NCBI GenBank assembly: GCA_003450915.1
Contig: DMEM01000017.1
Coordinates: 1 to 26,129 of the forward strand
Length of the DNA: 26,129 nt
Direction of reading: 5' to 3'
From: Alphaproteobacteria bacterium
Lineage (GTDB): Bacteria; Pseudomonadota; Alphaproteobacteria; UBA1280; UBA12223
Shown here: positions 1 through 8,052 of the stretch, piece after piece
How the letters are laid out: each line of letters opens with the position of its first letter
Numbering within the stretch: the first letter of the stretch is position 1
Position numbers and translations under genes: made by a program
The notes under the pieces: generated by a model
Told to the model about the DNA's origin: nothing
Seen by the model: the letters and a program-made list of their open reading frames with translations, nothing else
Databases searched by the model: none

Positions 1-892
1 CTAATGATTTAGACATTTTTTTACCATCAGCTAACCAGTGACCATGAACAAACACTGTTTTAGGAGTTGGAAGATCTGCAGCCATTAGCATTGCAGGCCA
101 GTAAATACAATGGAATTTAGCAATATCTTTACCCACTAAGTGCATATCTGCAGGCCAAAATTCTGAAATATCACCAGGGAAACCAGCTACTGTTAAATAG
201 TTTGTTAAAGCATCAATCCAAACATACATTACATGTTTTTCATCACCTGGAACTGAAACACCCCAGTCAAATTTAGTTCTTGAAATAGAAAAATCTCTTA
301 ACTCTTGCTTAACAAAGTTAACAATTTCATTTTTTCTAGTTTCTGGCTGAATAAAGTTTGGATTTGCTTCATAAAATTCTAAAAGTTTATCCGTAAATGC
401 TGATAGTTTAAAGAAGTATGATTCCTCTTCCATCCACTCAACAGGGTTGCCTGAATCAGGGCTTTTGCCATCTACTAATTCTTCTTCTGTAAAGTATGCT
501 TCATCAGATACACAGTACCAGCCAGCATAAGTGTCTTTATAAATATAACCATTTTCTTCTAAACGTTTCCACATTGCTTGAGCAGCTTTTTTATGACGCT
601 CTTCTGTTGTTGAAATAAAATCATCATTTGAAAAGTTCATTAATGGTGATAGCGTTTTAAAGTCTTCTCTCATGCTTGCAACGTATTCAGCTGGAGTTAT
701 TCCCATTTCTTCGGCTTTTCTTTGTAATTTTAAGCCGTGTTCGTCAGTACCTGTAGCAAACATAACTTTTTTACCGTTAAGTCTGTTAAAACGAGCAATT
801 GAGTCTGCAACTAATGTGCAGTATGTGTGCCCTAAATGTGGCTTACCTGAAGGGTAATAAATTGGTGTTGTTATATAAAAGTTATTGTTCAT
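1..892 (-). CDS. metG: Methionyl-tRNA synthetase, N-terminal part; runs off the window start (missed by the ORF track)
   Basis: Manual translation from ATG at 892: MNNNFYITTPIYYPSGKPHLGHTYC...GTDEHG...DKKMSKSL region reading KKMSKSL; class I HIGH-type (HLGH) and KMSKS motifs. Confidence 0.97.
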   Translation of the reverse strand, partial: MNNNFYITTPIYYPSGKPHLGHTYCTLVADSIARFNRLNGKKVMFATGTDEHGLKLQRKAEEMGITPAEYVASMREDFKTLSPLMNFSNDDFISTTEERHKKAAQAMWKRLEENGYIYKDTYAGWYCVSDEAYFTEEELVDGKSPDSGNPVEWMEEESYFFKLSAFTDKLLEFYEANPNFIQPETRKNEIVNFVKQELRDFSISRTKFDWGVSVPGDEKHVMYVWIDALTNYLTVAGFPGDISEFWPADMHLVGKDIAKFHCIYWPAMLMAADLPTPKTVFVHGHWLADGKKMSKSL

Positions 893-1018
893 GTTTATCC
901 CTTTAATCATAATCTATTAAAATTTAACAAAACTAGATTAAGACAGTAATATACACTTAAGTAATTACATTCATTAACCTAGTTAAGTTATCTATAAAAA
1001 TTTTATTTTAGCTGTGTT

Positions 1019-2356
1019 TTAATAAGCTTCAACTGGCTCTGCTACTGGAACAGGCATAAGAACTTCTGTTTCTTGAATTACAGCTGTATTAAAAATACTA
1101 TCAATGTCATTATATGTAAATTTACCAACAGATGCAAGTAATTCCAGCTTAGCTAATACGAAAGCTTGCTTTGCAACTTGTAAATCTACTTTTGCTGAAA
1201 ACTCATCATCTCTAGCATCTAATACATCAATAATTGATGCTTCACCAGCTTCTTCTTGTTTTTCAACAGCGTCTGTTGTAATTCTAAATGAGTCTAAACG
1301 AACTTTTAGAGCTTTAACCCTTTGAGCTTGAACTTGTACATCATTATAAGCATTTGAAGCTTGAGCTTCGATATCTCTAATTTTTTGAGTTAGAGCATCT
1401 TCAGCCTGCATTTTTTGATATGTTGATTGTTTATACTTAGCTGTTGTTTCACCACCTTTAAATAAAGGCAAACTTGCCTGAACACCAATACTTGTTACAT
1501 TTGTATCTGTTGCACCAAAGTTATTTGAGTTATTACTCCAAGCTGCTACCGCTGCTACAGTTGGCATAAAGCCAGCTCTTGCAACGTTAATATTTTCTTT
1601 ACTTGCTTTTAATAATACTTTTTGCTGTAACACATCTGGGTTATTAGATTTTGCTAAATTTAATGACTCTTCTAAAGACATTGGTAACTGTGGCTGTAAT
1701 TTAGGCCAATCTAAATCATCTGCACTACGACCAAATATTGTAATAAATGAAGATTTAGCCGCTAATAGATTACCATATGCTGCTTCTTTTTCTGCAATAT
1801 AACCAGATAAACGAGCTTCAAACTCTTTTAAGTTTGGTAAAGTAATATCACCAAGTTCAAATCTTTGTCTAATTCTTTTCATTTCTTCTGTGTTAGTTGC
1901 AACCTGTCTTGTGTTAAACTCTAACACTTCTTGAGCTGTCATTACTGAAAGATATGAACTAGCCGCAGATTGAAAAATATTCTGCTGCTGTAGTTTATAA
2001 TTACTCTCAGCTGCCTGTTCATTATACTTAGCAGCTTTAAAACCTGCTAAAGTAGCACCACCTGTAAATAACGGCTGTGTTAATGAAACTGACCCTGTTG
2101 AAGGGCTAGCATCTCCAGAAGGAGCCCCTTCAAGGTTAATATTTTGATCTTCTAAAGAGTATTTAGCCTCAACATCTGGCATAAATCCTGAAACTGCTTG
2201 TTTCTTTTCCTGTTCTTTTACTTTAAGTTCATTTTTTACTGACTGTAAGCTTGGGTTTTCATTAAAAACAATATCAAGCCCTTCTTTTAAGGTAATTGCT
2301 GATGCATTTGAAGCAATAAGAGTAGCAAAACCTGCAAGAATAAGATTCTTATTCAT
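1019..2356 (-). CDS. TolC-family outer membrane efflux / type I secretion channel
   Basis: Sec signal MNKNLILAGFATLIASNASA; two OEP-type repeats (SLTQPLFTGG and ASLPLFKGG), SIIDVLDA motif; 445 aa. No ABC/MFP partner in the window. Confidence 0.9.
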   Translation of the reverse strand: MNKNLILAGFATLIASNASAITLKEGLDIVFNENPSLQSVKNELKVKEQEKKQAVSGFMPDVEAKYSLEDQNINLEGAPSGDASPSTGSVSLTQPLFTGGATLAGFKAAKYNEQAAESNYKLQQQNIFQSAASSYLSVMTAQEVLEFNTRQVATNTEEMKRIRQRFELGDITLPNLKEFEARLSGYIAEKEAAYGNLLAAKSSFITIFGRSADDLDWPKLQPQLPMSLEESLNLAKSNNPDVLQQKVLLKASKENINVARAGFMPTVAAVAAWSNNSNNFGATDTNVTSIGVQASLPLFKGGETTAKYKQSTYQKMQAEDALTQKIRDIEAQASNAYNDVQVQAQRVKALKVRLDSFRITTDAVEKQEEAGEASIIDVLDARDDEFSAKVDLQVAKQAFVLAKLELLASVGKFTYNDIDSIFNTAVIQETEVLMPVPVAEPVEAY

Positions 2357-2541
2357 AAAATTTTTCCTTTTTAAACAATAATATTTAAATATTAATCATA
2401 GACACTAATATAAGCTAACCACTTATAAACCAAGTGGCTACATAGTACTTATAGGATAGTACAAAAATAAAAAATATACAATAATATTCATAGTAAATTT
2501 AATAAAAAACTAAAAAAATTTAAAAAAATGAAAAAAACTTC

Positions 2542-2570
2542 TTGACTCTAAGTTAAAATTATAATATAAC
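2542..2570 (+). promoter_or_regulatory. Probable sigma70 promoter of the tRNA pair
   Basis: TTGACT-17 nt-TATAAC preceded by A-tracts, about 55 nt upstream of tRNA-Cys. Confidence 0.5.
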
Positions 2571-2624
2571 AATAATCACCAAGCGATAACAAGCTTAGTA
2601 AGACTGAAAACGGAAGTCAAATTT

Positions 2625-2699
2625 GGCCGAATGGCGAAGTGGGAACGCTGTGGACTGCAAATCCATCATGAGTCGGTTCGATTCCGACTTCGGCCTCCA
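2625..2699 (+). tRNA. tRNA-Cys (GCA)
   Basis: Acceptor GGCCGAA/TTCGGCC, anticodon arm GTGGA-CTGCAAA-TCCAT, T loop TTCGATT, discriminator U, encoded CCA. Confidence 0.97.
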
Positions 2700-2726
2700 A
2701 TAAACTAAAATTGTTATTATGATTAT

Positions 2727-2802
2727 TCCGGTGTAGCTCAGTTGGTAGAGCGACGGACTGTTAATCCGCAGGTCGCAGGTTCGAGCCCTGCTACCGGAGC
2801 CA
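2727..2802 (+). tRNA. tRNA-Asn (GTT)
   Basis: Acceptor TCCGGTG/TACCGGA, D arm GCTC-AGTTGGTA-GAGC, anticodon loop CTGTTAA, T arm GCAGG-TTCGAGC-CCTGC, encoded CCA. Confidence 0.97.
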
Positions 2803-2806
2803 ATTT

Positions 2807-2835
2807 AAACCCTTAGAGAAATCTAAGGGTTTTTT
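2807..2835 (+). terminator. Intrinsic terminator after the tRNA pair
   Basis: AAACCCTTAG-agaaat-CTAAGGGTTT followed by a T tract. Confidence 0.85.
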
Positions 2836-2891
2836 GCTATTTTTCATCAATAAAATATTAAAAAAGACCCAACTAGAGGCCTTTCTTTTAT

Positions 2892-3182
2892 CTAAGATAT
2901 ATTAGTCATTTTATTAATAGAAAGACTTTCAACAGCACCATCAATAGCAACCATGCAATCTTTTAAAAACTTACTATCCATATGTGCTAGGCAAAGCTCT
3001 CTAGACGCCCAACTCTCATAAAACATAAAACTAGCTTTATTTTCATTGTCTTGGTGTAAGTCATATTGCAGACAACCTTCTTCAGCACGAGTCACATCAA
3101 TTAATTTTAAAAGTTCTGTTTTTTCAAACTCTACATTTTCTTCTTTTGCTTTAATATTAGCAACAATAGTTAATTTAGACAT
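2892..3182 (-). CDS. Putative quinol monooxygenase (ABM domain)
   Basis: 96 aa, TRAEEGCLQYDLHQD...FMFYESW...AHM pattern typical of ABM proteins; starts 28 bp after the nitroreductase stop. Confidence 0.85.
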   Translation of the reverse strand: MSKLTIVANIKAKEENVEFEKTELLKLIDVTRAEEGCLQYDLHQDNENKASFMFYESWASRELCLAHMDSKFLKDCMVAIDGAVESLSINKMTNIS

Positions 3183-3210
3183 AATAGTCTCCTTTTTTAT
3201 TTTATAAACT

Positions 3211-3873
3211 CTATACTTCTGTTAAAATTTCTTTATAGGTTAAACGAGATTTTGGAGTTCTTGAATTATAATCCTGTTCTTTATCTGCATAGCCAATTGG
3301 CACAACTAATACACCTGTGTAGCCTTTTTCTACTAAACCAAACTCCTCATCTAAGATATCAAACTCAATACCTTCCATTGGCAAAGCATCGATACCTAAA
3401 GCAGAAACACCTAACAGAAATGAACCTGCATTTAAATAAACCTGCTTGCCCATCCAATGATCAAGATCTTTAATCTCATCTTTATGCATATTAACAAACC
3501 AACTACGACCTTGGTGCATCCTATCTTTAAATTCTGGAGCTGCATCATATCGCCCATCTTTAACCTCTTGCTCTAAAACTTTTAGTAAAAACTCTTCATC
3601 AATACTTGTTTTTGCACAAAACACAACAATATGAGATGAATCCTCAATTGCTTTTGTGTTAAATGGATAAGCCTGTGTTGCTTTGGCAATTTTTGCCTTA
3701 GATTCTTCACTAGAAGCAATTATAAAGTGCCACGGCTGAACATTAGTACTTGAGGCACTGTACCTAAGCAACTCTTTAACTTTTTCTAAGTTTTCTGCTG
3801 ATATTTTCTTGTCAGCCATATATGCCTTTGCCGAGTAACGAGTTTTAGCATAATGTGTAATATCTTGATTCAT
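3211..3873 (-). CDS. nfsB: Oxygen-insensitive NAD(P)H nitroreductase, NfsB-like; start revised from 3957 to 3873
   Basis: RYSAKAY, SSTNVQPWHFIIA, WMGKQVYLN, LGIDALPMEG motifs; AGGAG precedes ATG at 3873, giving 220 aa. Confidence 0.88.
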   Translation of the reverse strand: MNQDITHYAKTRYSAKAYMADKKISAENLEKVKELLRYSASSTNVQPWHFIIASSEESKAKIAKATQAYPFNTKAIEDSSHIVVFCAKTSIDEEFLLKVLEQEVKDGRYDAAPEFKDRMHQGRSWFVNMHKDEIKDLDHWMGKQVYLNAGSFLLGVSALGIDALPMEGIEFDILDEEFGLVEKGYTGVLVVPIGYADKEQDYNSRTPKSRLTYKEILTEV

Positions 3874-3997
3874 ACTTCTTCTCCTTTTTTCTGAATATAT
3901 TTTTTTATAGCAGATATATACAAACTTGACAAGTACGCACAATTTTGTTATATACATACAAAAAGTATACTAATGGAGTTTTCAGGGAAGGAGCAGC

Positions 3998-4312
3998 ATG
4001 AAAAAAGATTATAAATGTTCAGTAGACGCAACAATTTCTGTAATAGGAGGAAGATGGAAGCCAATAATTCTATTTCATTTAATGATCCTAGAGGTATTAC
4101 GCTTCAATGAAATGCAACGCTCTATTGAAGGCATTACACAACGCATGCTAACCAACCAGCTAAGAGAGCTTGAAAAAGATGGTGTAATTGAACGTAAAGT
4201 CTATGCACAAGTTCCACCAAAAGTAGAATATAGATTAACAGACTATGGGAAAACACTAGAGCCAATTCTTTTAGCTATGCGAGAATGGGGAACTGAACAT
4301 ATGCAACGATAA
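3998..4312 (+). CDS. HxlR/DUF24-family winged-helix transcriptional regulator
   Basis: CSVDATISVIGGRWKPIIL, RFNEMQRSI, RMLTNQLRELE, PPKVEYRLT; divergent from the nitroreductase. Confidence 0.93.
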   Translation: MKKDYKCSVDATISVIGGRWKPIILFHLMILEVLRFNEMQRSIEGITQRMLTNQLRELEKDGVIERKVYAQVPPKVEYRLTDYGKTLEPILLAMREWGTEHMQR

Positions 4313-4368
4313 AATTAACTTTTAAACCCATATTATTATAAAATAAGAAAAAAAATATCAGTAAAAGC

Positions 4369-4397
4369 TTTACTTTTTAGTTCTTTTACCCTATATT
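4369..4397 (+). promoter_or_regulatory. Probable sigma70 promoter of the helicase gene, implying a leader of about 215 nt
   Basis: TTTACT-17 nt-TATATT; I found no better promoter closer to the ATG. Confidence 0.55.
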
Positions 4398-4620
4398 ACC
4401 CATACAAATTAACAATATTCGTGTAAACTAACATAATATTGTAGCTAACAAAGTATGTAAAAAAATAATAAATAGCTAGGACTACCCTAGTATTTTTTTA
4501 TTTTAAGAAACTCTTAAAAGATATTTTAAATAATCCTTTATTTTTGCAATAAAGAGCCTGAAACAAAGTGGCTATTAAGAAGTTCTGCATAAATTTAAAT
4601 TAATAAAGGAAATATCTATT

Positions 4621-5949
4621 ATGATAAGCAAATTTACTGAGCTAGAATTACCTCAAGCTCTACAAGATTCATTACAAAGACTTGAGTTTTTTGACCCAAC
4701 TCCAATTCAAGCACAATCAATCCCTCATGCATTAACAGGCGAAGATGTTATTGCTTCAGCTCAAACAGGTACAGGTAAGACATTAGCTTTTGTATTACCA
4801 ATGTTAGCAAAAATGATGACTACTACAGAGCAAAAAGCTATTATTTTAATGCCTACTCGTGAATTAGCAATTCAGGTTGCTACAGTAGTTAACCAACTTA
4901 TTGGTAAAAACATTCAGCTTAGCTCTGCTACATTAATTGGTGGAGACTCAATGTCTAAGCAATTAAAAGCACTAAAACGCTCTCCTAGAATCATTGTTGG
5001 TACACCAGGACGTATTAACGACCACCTAGAAAGAAGAACTCTTAAATTAGGTAACGCTACATTTTTAGTACTTGATGAAACAGATAGAATGTTAGATATG
5101 GGATTTGGTATTCAAATTGATACTATTATCGAAAGAATGGACCCATACAGACAAACTCTAATGTTTTCTGCAACAATGCCTAAAGGTATTGTAAAACTAG
5201 CTGATAAATACCTAAAAACGCCTCAAAGAATTGAAATTGAAACTGACAAGTCAAACTTAGACAGAATTTCTCAAGATTTTATGCACGTTAGTGAAAATGA
5301 CAAACTACAAGTTCTTCTAAACGAACTTGAAGCAAGAGAAGGTTCTGTTGTTCTATTTGTTAAAACAAAAAGAAAAGTTGAAAAAATTGCTAAAGAACTA
5401 GCAAGAGAAAACCACAAAGTTAGCTATATTCACGGTGATTTAAAACAAGGTAAAAGAGAAAGCGTTATTAAACGCTTCAGAGACTCTAAGTTTAGAGTTA
5501 TGGTAGCAACTGATGTTGCAGCTCGTGGTTTAGATGTTCCCCATGTTGAGCACGTTATTAACTTCGATTTACCACAAGCAGCTGAAGATTACATCCACAG
5601 AATTGGTAGAACTGGTCGTGCTGGTGCAACTGGTAGCTCATTAAGCTTAGTATCTGGAGAAGACAGAAGATATTATAACGAAATTCAAGAATTAATTGAC
5701 CCTGACTTTGTTATGCCAAAAAGAAAGCCTAACCCAAGAAAAAGAAGCGGTGGCGGAAATGGTGGCGGCAGAGGCGGTAAACGCTTCGGTGGCAATAATG
5801 AAGGTGGCAGAGGCGGCAAACGTTTTGGTGGCAACAGAGATGGCGGCGGCAGAGGTGGCAGAAGTGACAGAGATGGTGGCAAAGATGGCGGTAAACGCTT
5901 CGGTGGCAACAAGTCAAAAAGAAAACCTGCTCCTAGAGGTTCAAAATAA
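4621..5949 (+). CDS. DExD-box ATP-dependent RNA helicase (RhlE/CshA-like) with Gly/Arg-rich tail
   Basis: Q motif PTPIQ, AQTGTGKT, PTRELA, TPGR, DETD (motif II), SAT, ARGLD, HRIGRTGR. Confidence 0.96.
   Translation: MISKFTELELPQALQDSLQRLEFFDPTPIQAQSIPHALTGEDVIASAQTGTGKTLAFVLPMLAKMMTTTEQKAIILMPTRELAIQVATVVNQLIGKNIQLSSATLIGGDSMSKQLKALKRSPRIIVGTPGRINDHLERRTLKLGNATFLVLDETDRMLDMGFGIQIDTIIERMDPYRQTLMFSATMPKGIVKLADKYLKTPQRIEIETDKSNLDRISQDFMHVSENDKLQVLLNELEAREGSVVLFVKTKRKVEKIAKELARENHKVSYIHGDLKQGKRESVIKRFRDSKFRVMVATDVAARGLDVPHVEHVINFDLPQAAEDYIHRIGRTGRAGATGSSLSLVSGEDRRYYNEIQELIDPDFVMPKRKPNPRKRSGGGNGGGRGGKRFGGNNEGGRGGKRFGGNRDGGGRGGRSDRDGGKDGGKRFGGNKSKRKPAPRGSK
5773..5909 (+). repeat. Three coding repeats GGKRFGGN in the helicase tail
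   Basis: GGCGGTAAACGCTTCGGTGGCAA at 5773-5795 and 5887-5909 (identical); synonymous variant at 5812-5834. Confidence 0.9.
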
Positions 5950-5957
5950 ATAATAAT

Positions 5958-5990
5958 AAAAAAGAAGTCTAAAAATAGACTTCTTTTTTT
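5958..5990 (+). terminator. Intrinsic terminator after the helicase
   Basis: AAAAAGAAGTCTA-aaaa-TAGACTTCTTTTTTT. Confidence 0.9.
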
Positions 5991-6105
5991 ATGCATTTTA
6001 TAAAAGTTTTATTTTAAATTATAACTACTCCTCATAAGTATTTGAAACACTAATTTTTCTTTTAACACCATTGCAAGTAACAAGGACCTGCATAAGGAGA
6101 ACCCA

Positions 6106-6501
6106 ATGTCTATAACCAATGCAATATTAAGGATGCGAAAACTTAAAGACCTAGCCATCGACTTTTACCCTGAAGAAATATTAGTTCATGAGCAAATAAA
6201 CAAACTTTGCATAAATATTATTATTAAACCTTACGATCAATGCATTGATGAGCATGATGAACTAATAAAATCTTTACGAAAACTATTCAAACAAAATCCT
6301 GAGTTTGAATTCCACCCATCCCGCTGCATTGTATGCAGTAAAAACAATCCAGCCATTGATAAGATACTAATGCTAGAAAATCTTATCAATCACAGCGACA
6401 TAAGAACTATGAACCTCTACAATAAGCTTTTAATCTTATTATTCTTAGATGGAAAAGACATTGAAGAAGTCCAAACTGAGCTAATAGCAAAAATAACCTA
6501 A
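6106..6501 (+). CDS. Hypothetical protein, 131 aa
   Basis: AAGGAG RBS, open frame, downstream hairpin terminator; one CxxC; no family recognised. Confidence 0.75.
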   Translation: MSITNAILRMRKLKDLAIDFYPEEILVHEQINKLCINIIIKPYDQCIDEHDELIKSLRKLFKQNPEFEFHPSRCIVCSKNNPAIDKILMLENLINHSDIRTMNLYNKLLILLFLDGKDIEEVQTELIAKIT

Positions 6502-6542
6502 AAACACTATGCCAAATACTCTAAAAGCAACAAATAAAAAAT

Positions 6543-6578
6543 AAAAGGCCTCGATATATTTTTATATTGGGGTCTTTT
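6543..6578 (+). terminator. Terminator after ORF 6106
   Basis: AAAAGGCCTCGATAT / ATATTGGGGTCTTTT stem, with G-U pairs on the + strand. Confidence 0.7.
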
Positions 6579-6601
6579 ATGTATTCAGATATAGATAAAC
6601 G

Positions 6602-6625
6602 AAAAAGCCCTTACTAGAAGGGCTT
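6602..6625 (-). terminator. Terminator overlapping the stop of ORF 6943
   Basis: Minus strand AAGCCCTT-ctagt-AAGGGCTTTTT. Confidence 0.75.
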
Positions 6626-6943
6626 GTAGACGCAGACATAAGCATTAATGTTCTTAGCGATGTTTTGCATCAAAACATTAATCTTACAGTAATCGGTAAG
6701 ATCACGCAGAGTAATAAGTAAGTTGACCCACTTTTCACCCGATAACTTCGAGCCATTAAAAACGGCCATTAAATTTTCACCGGCAGTTTTAAAAAAATGA
6801 TTATATGAAAACTCGCATTTTGATTCTTTTTGTAAAAACTCTGCTAAGAGTTTGACTTCATCATTATGATATAAAGTATCGTAGGGTTCTGGGTCATCTA
6901 AATCTATGGTTTGTAGTTTAGGAGTATCGGTTTGGGCAAACAT
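6614..6943 (-). CDS. Hypothetical protein, 109 aa
   Basis: GAGGAGG RBS, consensus-like promoter upstream, own terminator; no family recognised. Confidence 0.75.
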   Translation of the reverse strand: MFAQTDTPKLQTIDLDDPEPYDTLYHNDEVKLLAEFLQKESKCEFSYNHFFKTAGENLMAVFNGSKLSGEKWVNLLITLRDLTDYCKINVLMQNIAKNINAYVCVYKPF

Positions 6944-6989
6944 AAGCCCTCCTCAAATTCAAGAATTAAAAAGAATAATCTTAAGTATT

Positions 6990-7018
6990 ATTATATTACT
7001 ATATGTATATCTTTTCAA
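6990..7018 (-). promoter_or_regulatory. sigma70 promoter of ORF 6943
   Basis: TTGAAA-17 nt-TATAAT. Confidence 0.75.
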
Positions 7019-7063
7019 TAGATATTACTGATATTTTTCAAGCAACTATGCTTTTTATGTCAC

Positions 7064-7096
7064 AAAAAAAGATAAGCCTAAATTTAGGCTTATCTT
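7064..7096 (-). terminator. Terminator after ORF 7493
   Basis: AAGATAAGCCTAA/TTAGGCTTATCTT inverted repeat with T tract on the minus strand. Confidence 0.85.
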
Positions 7097-7106
7097 AAAT
7101 AATCGA

Positions 7107-7493
7107 TTAAGCATCCATATGAGCAGAACGCTCTTCAAGATGCTTTGGCACGAACTTCAAAGGATCTTCTGATATTTCAGACATCTTCAAAACCTTAAAG
7201 TCTTGCACGCTTACACTTGCTTTTGTAGCATCAAAATAGCACATTATGCCGAATTTTCTGAGAACCAAATCAAAGTAGGCTAATTTGATGTATTCTTCAC
7301 CAAGCCTTACATAAAAGCTATTATTATCTACGATAGTTTTAGTAGTAGACTGCTGAGGATCAAAGTTTAAAGACTTTAAATATGCCTTAGCTACTTTTCG
7401 ATAAAATACTGGCTGCTGGGAGTTTTTACTAAAAGAATCAATAAAATTATTTACTGCTTTACGCTTTGCACTTACACGATTATCTACAATCAT
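7107..7493 (-). CDS. Hypothetical protein, 128 aa
   Basis: GGAG RBS, own promoter and terminator; no family recognised. Confidence 0.75.
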   Translation of the reverse strand: MIVDNRVSAKRKAVNNFIDSFSKNSQQPVFYRKVAKAYLKSLNFDPQQSTTKTIVDNNSFYVRLGEEYIKLAYFDLVLRKFGIMCYFDATKASVSVQDFKVLKMSEISEDPLKFVPKHLEERSAHMDA

Positions 7494-7559
7494 CCATTGA
7501 TCTCCATAAAAAGGGACAAAAATAAAAACACCTAAATGCTTTTATAATATTACTGTTTT

Positions 7560-7588
7560 AGTATAACAATAAAAAATACAAATTTCAA
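7560..7588 (-). promoter_or_regulatory. sigma70 promoter of ORF 7493
   Basis: TTGAAA-17 nt-TATACT with extended -10 TG. Confidence 0.75.
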
Positions 7589-7602
7589 TATTTAGCAGAC
7601 AT

Positions 7603-7631
7603 AAAAAAAGGGCTCCTAATAGAGCTCTTTT
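7603..7631 (-). terminator. Terminator after ORF 7997
   Basis: Minus strand AAAAGAGCTC-loop-GAGCCCTTTTTTT. Confidence 0.75.
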
Positions 7632-7997
7632 CTATTTGTAAGTAACTGGTGTATCTGATGATTGACCAATTGCATTACCAGCTTGAGTGGACCACTTAAT
7701 CCAACCGAACATGCCGGAAGACCCCATAGCCTCACCTCTATAATAACCAACTTTAATAATTCGGTCATATTTAAAGTACTTATTATAAAAATCTTGAACG
7801 AAGACCTTGTAAACATCATTCTTCATTAGATGTTTACAAGAAAAAGCATCAACAATTTTTAAAAAGCTTGTATTATTTTCTCTTGTTAGCTTTACTACAA
7901 CCTCACATTCAGGGGCAGCTAGCTTAGCAGCATTAGTCTCAATACTAGCAACTAACAGAAAAAATACTGCAATCAATATTTTCATCTTTAACAACAC
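7632..7997 (-). CDS. Hypothetical exported protein, 121 aa
   Basis: GTG start 5 nt after AAGGA; Sec signal KMKILIAVFFLLVASIETNA; two Cys. Confidence 0.75.
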   Translation of the reverse strand: MLLKMKILIAVFFLLVASIETNAAKLAAPECEVVVKLTRENNTSFLKIVDAFSCKHLMKNDVYKVFVQDFYNKYFKYDRIIKVGYYRGEAMGSSGMFGWIKWSTQAGNAIGQSSDTPVTYK

Positions 7998-8018
7998 ACA
8001 TATCCTTAATATTTAATC

Positions 8019-8046
8019 AAAAAGAGTGTTTTTAAACACCCTTTTT
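8019..8046 (-). terminator. Terminator after gyrA
   Basis: Minus strand AAAAAGGGTGTTT/AAACACTCTTTTT. Confidence 0.75.
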
Positions 8047-8052
8047 ACAATA

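Noticed and set aside
672-857. ORF 672..857 (+) and other short antisense ORFs (1104, 3252, 5685, 5729, 9659, 10371, 12027, 14182, 19023, 21491, 23964, 24615) plus same-strand alternate frames 5696 and 7616
   Set aside because: Shadows of well-supported genes; no RBS or recognisable motifs. The Pro-rich and Cys/His-rich ones are just the reverse of the Gly/Arg repeat
2419-2437. CCACTT-N7-AAGTGG inverted repeat upstream of tolC
   Set aside because: Best explained as an ordinary 5' UTR hairpin; no cognate regulator or second copy seen
2727-4312. tRNA-Asn as an integration site for a genomic island
   Set aside because: No duplicated tRNA 3' end and no integrase in the window
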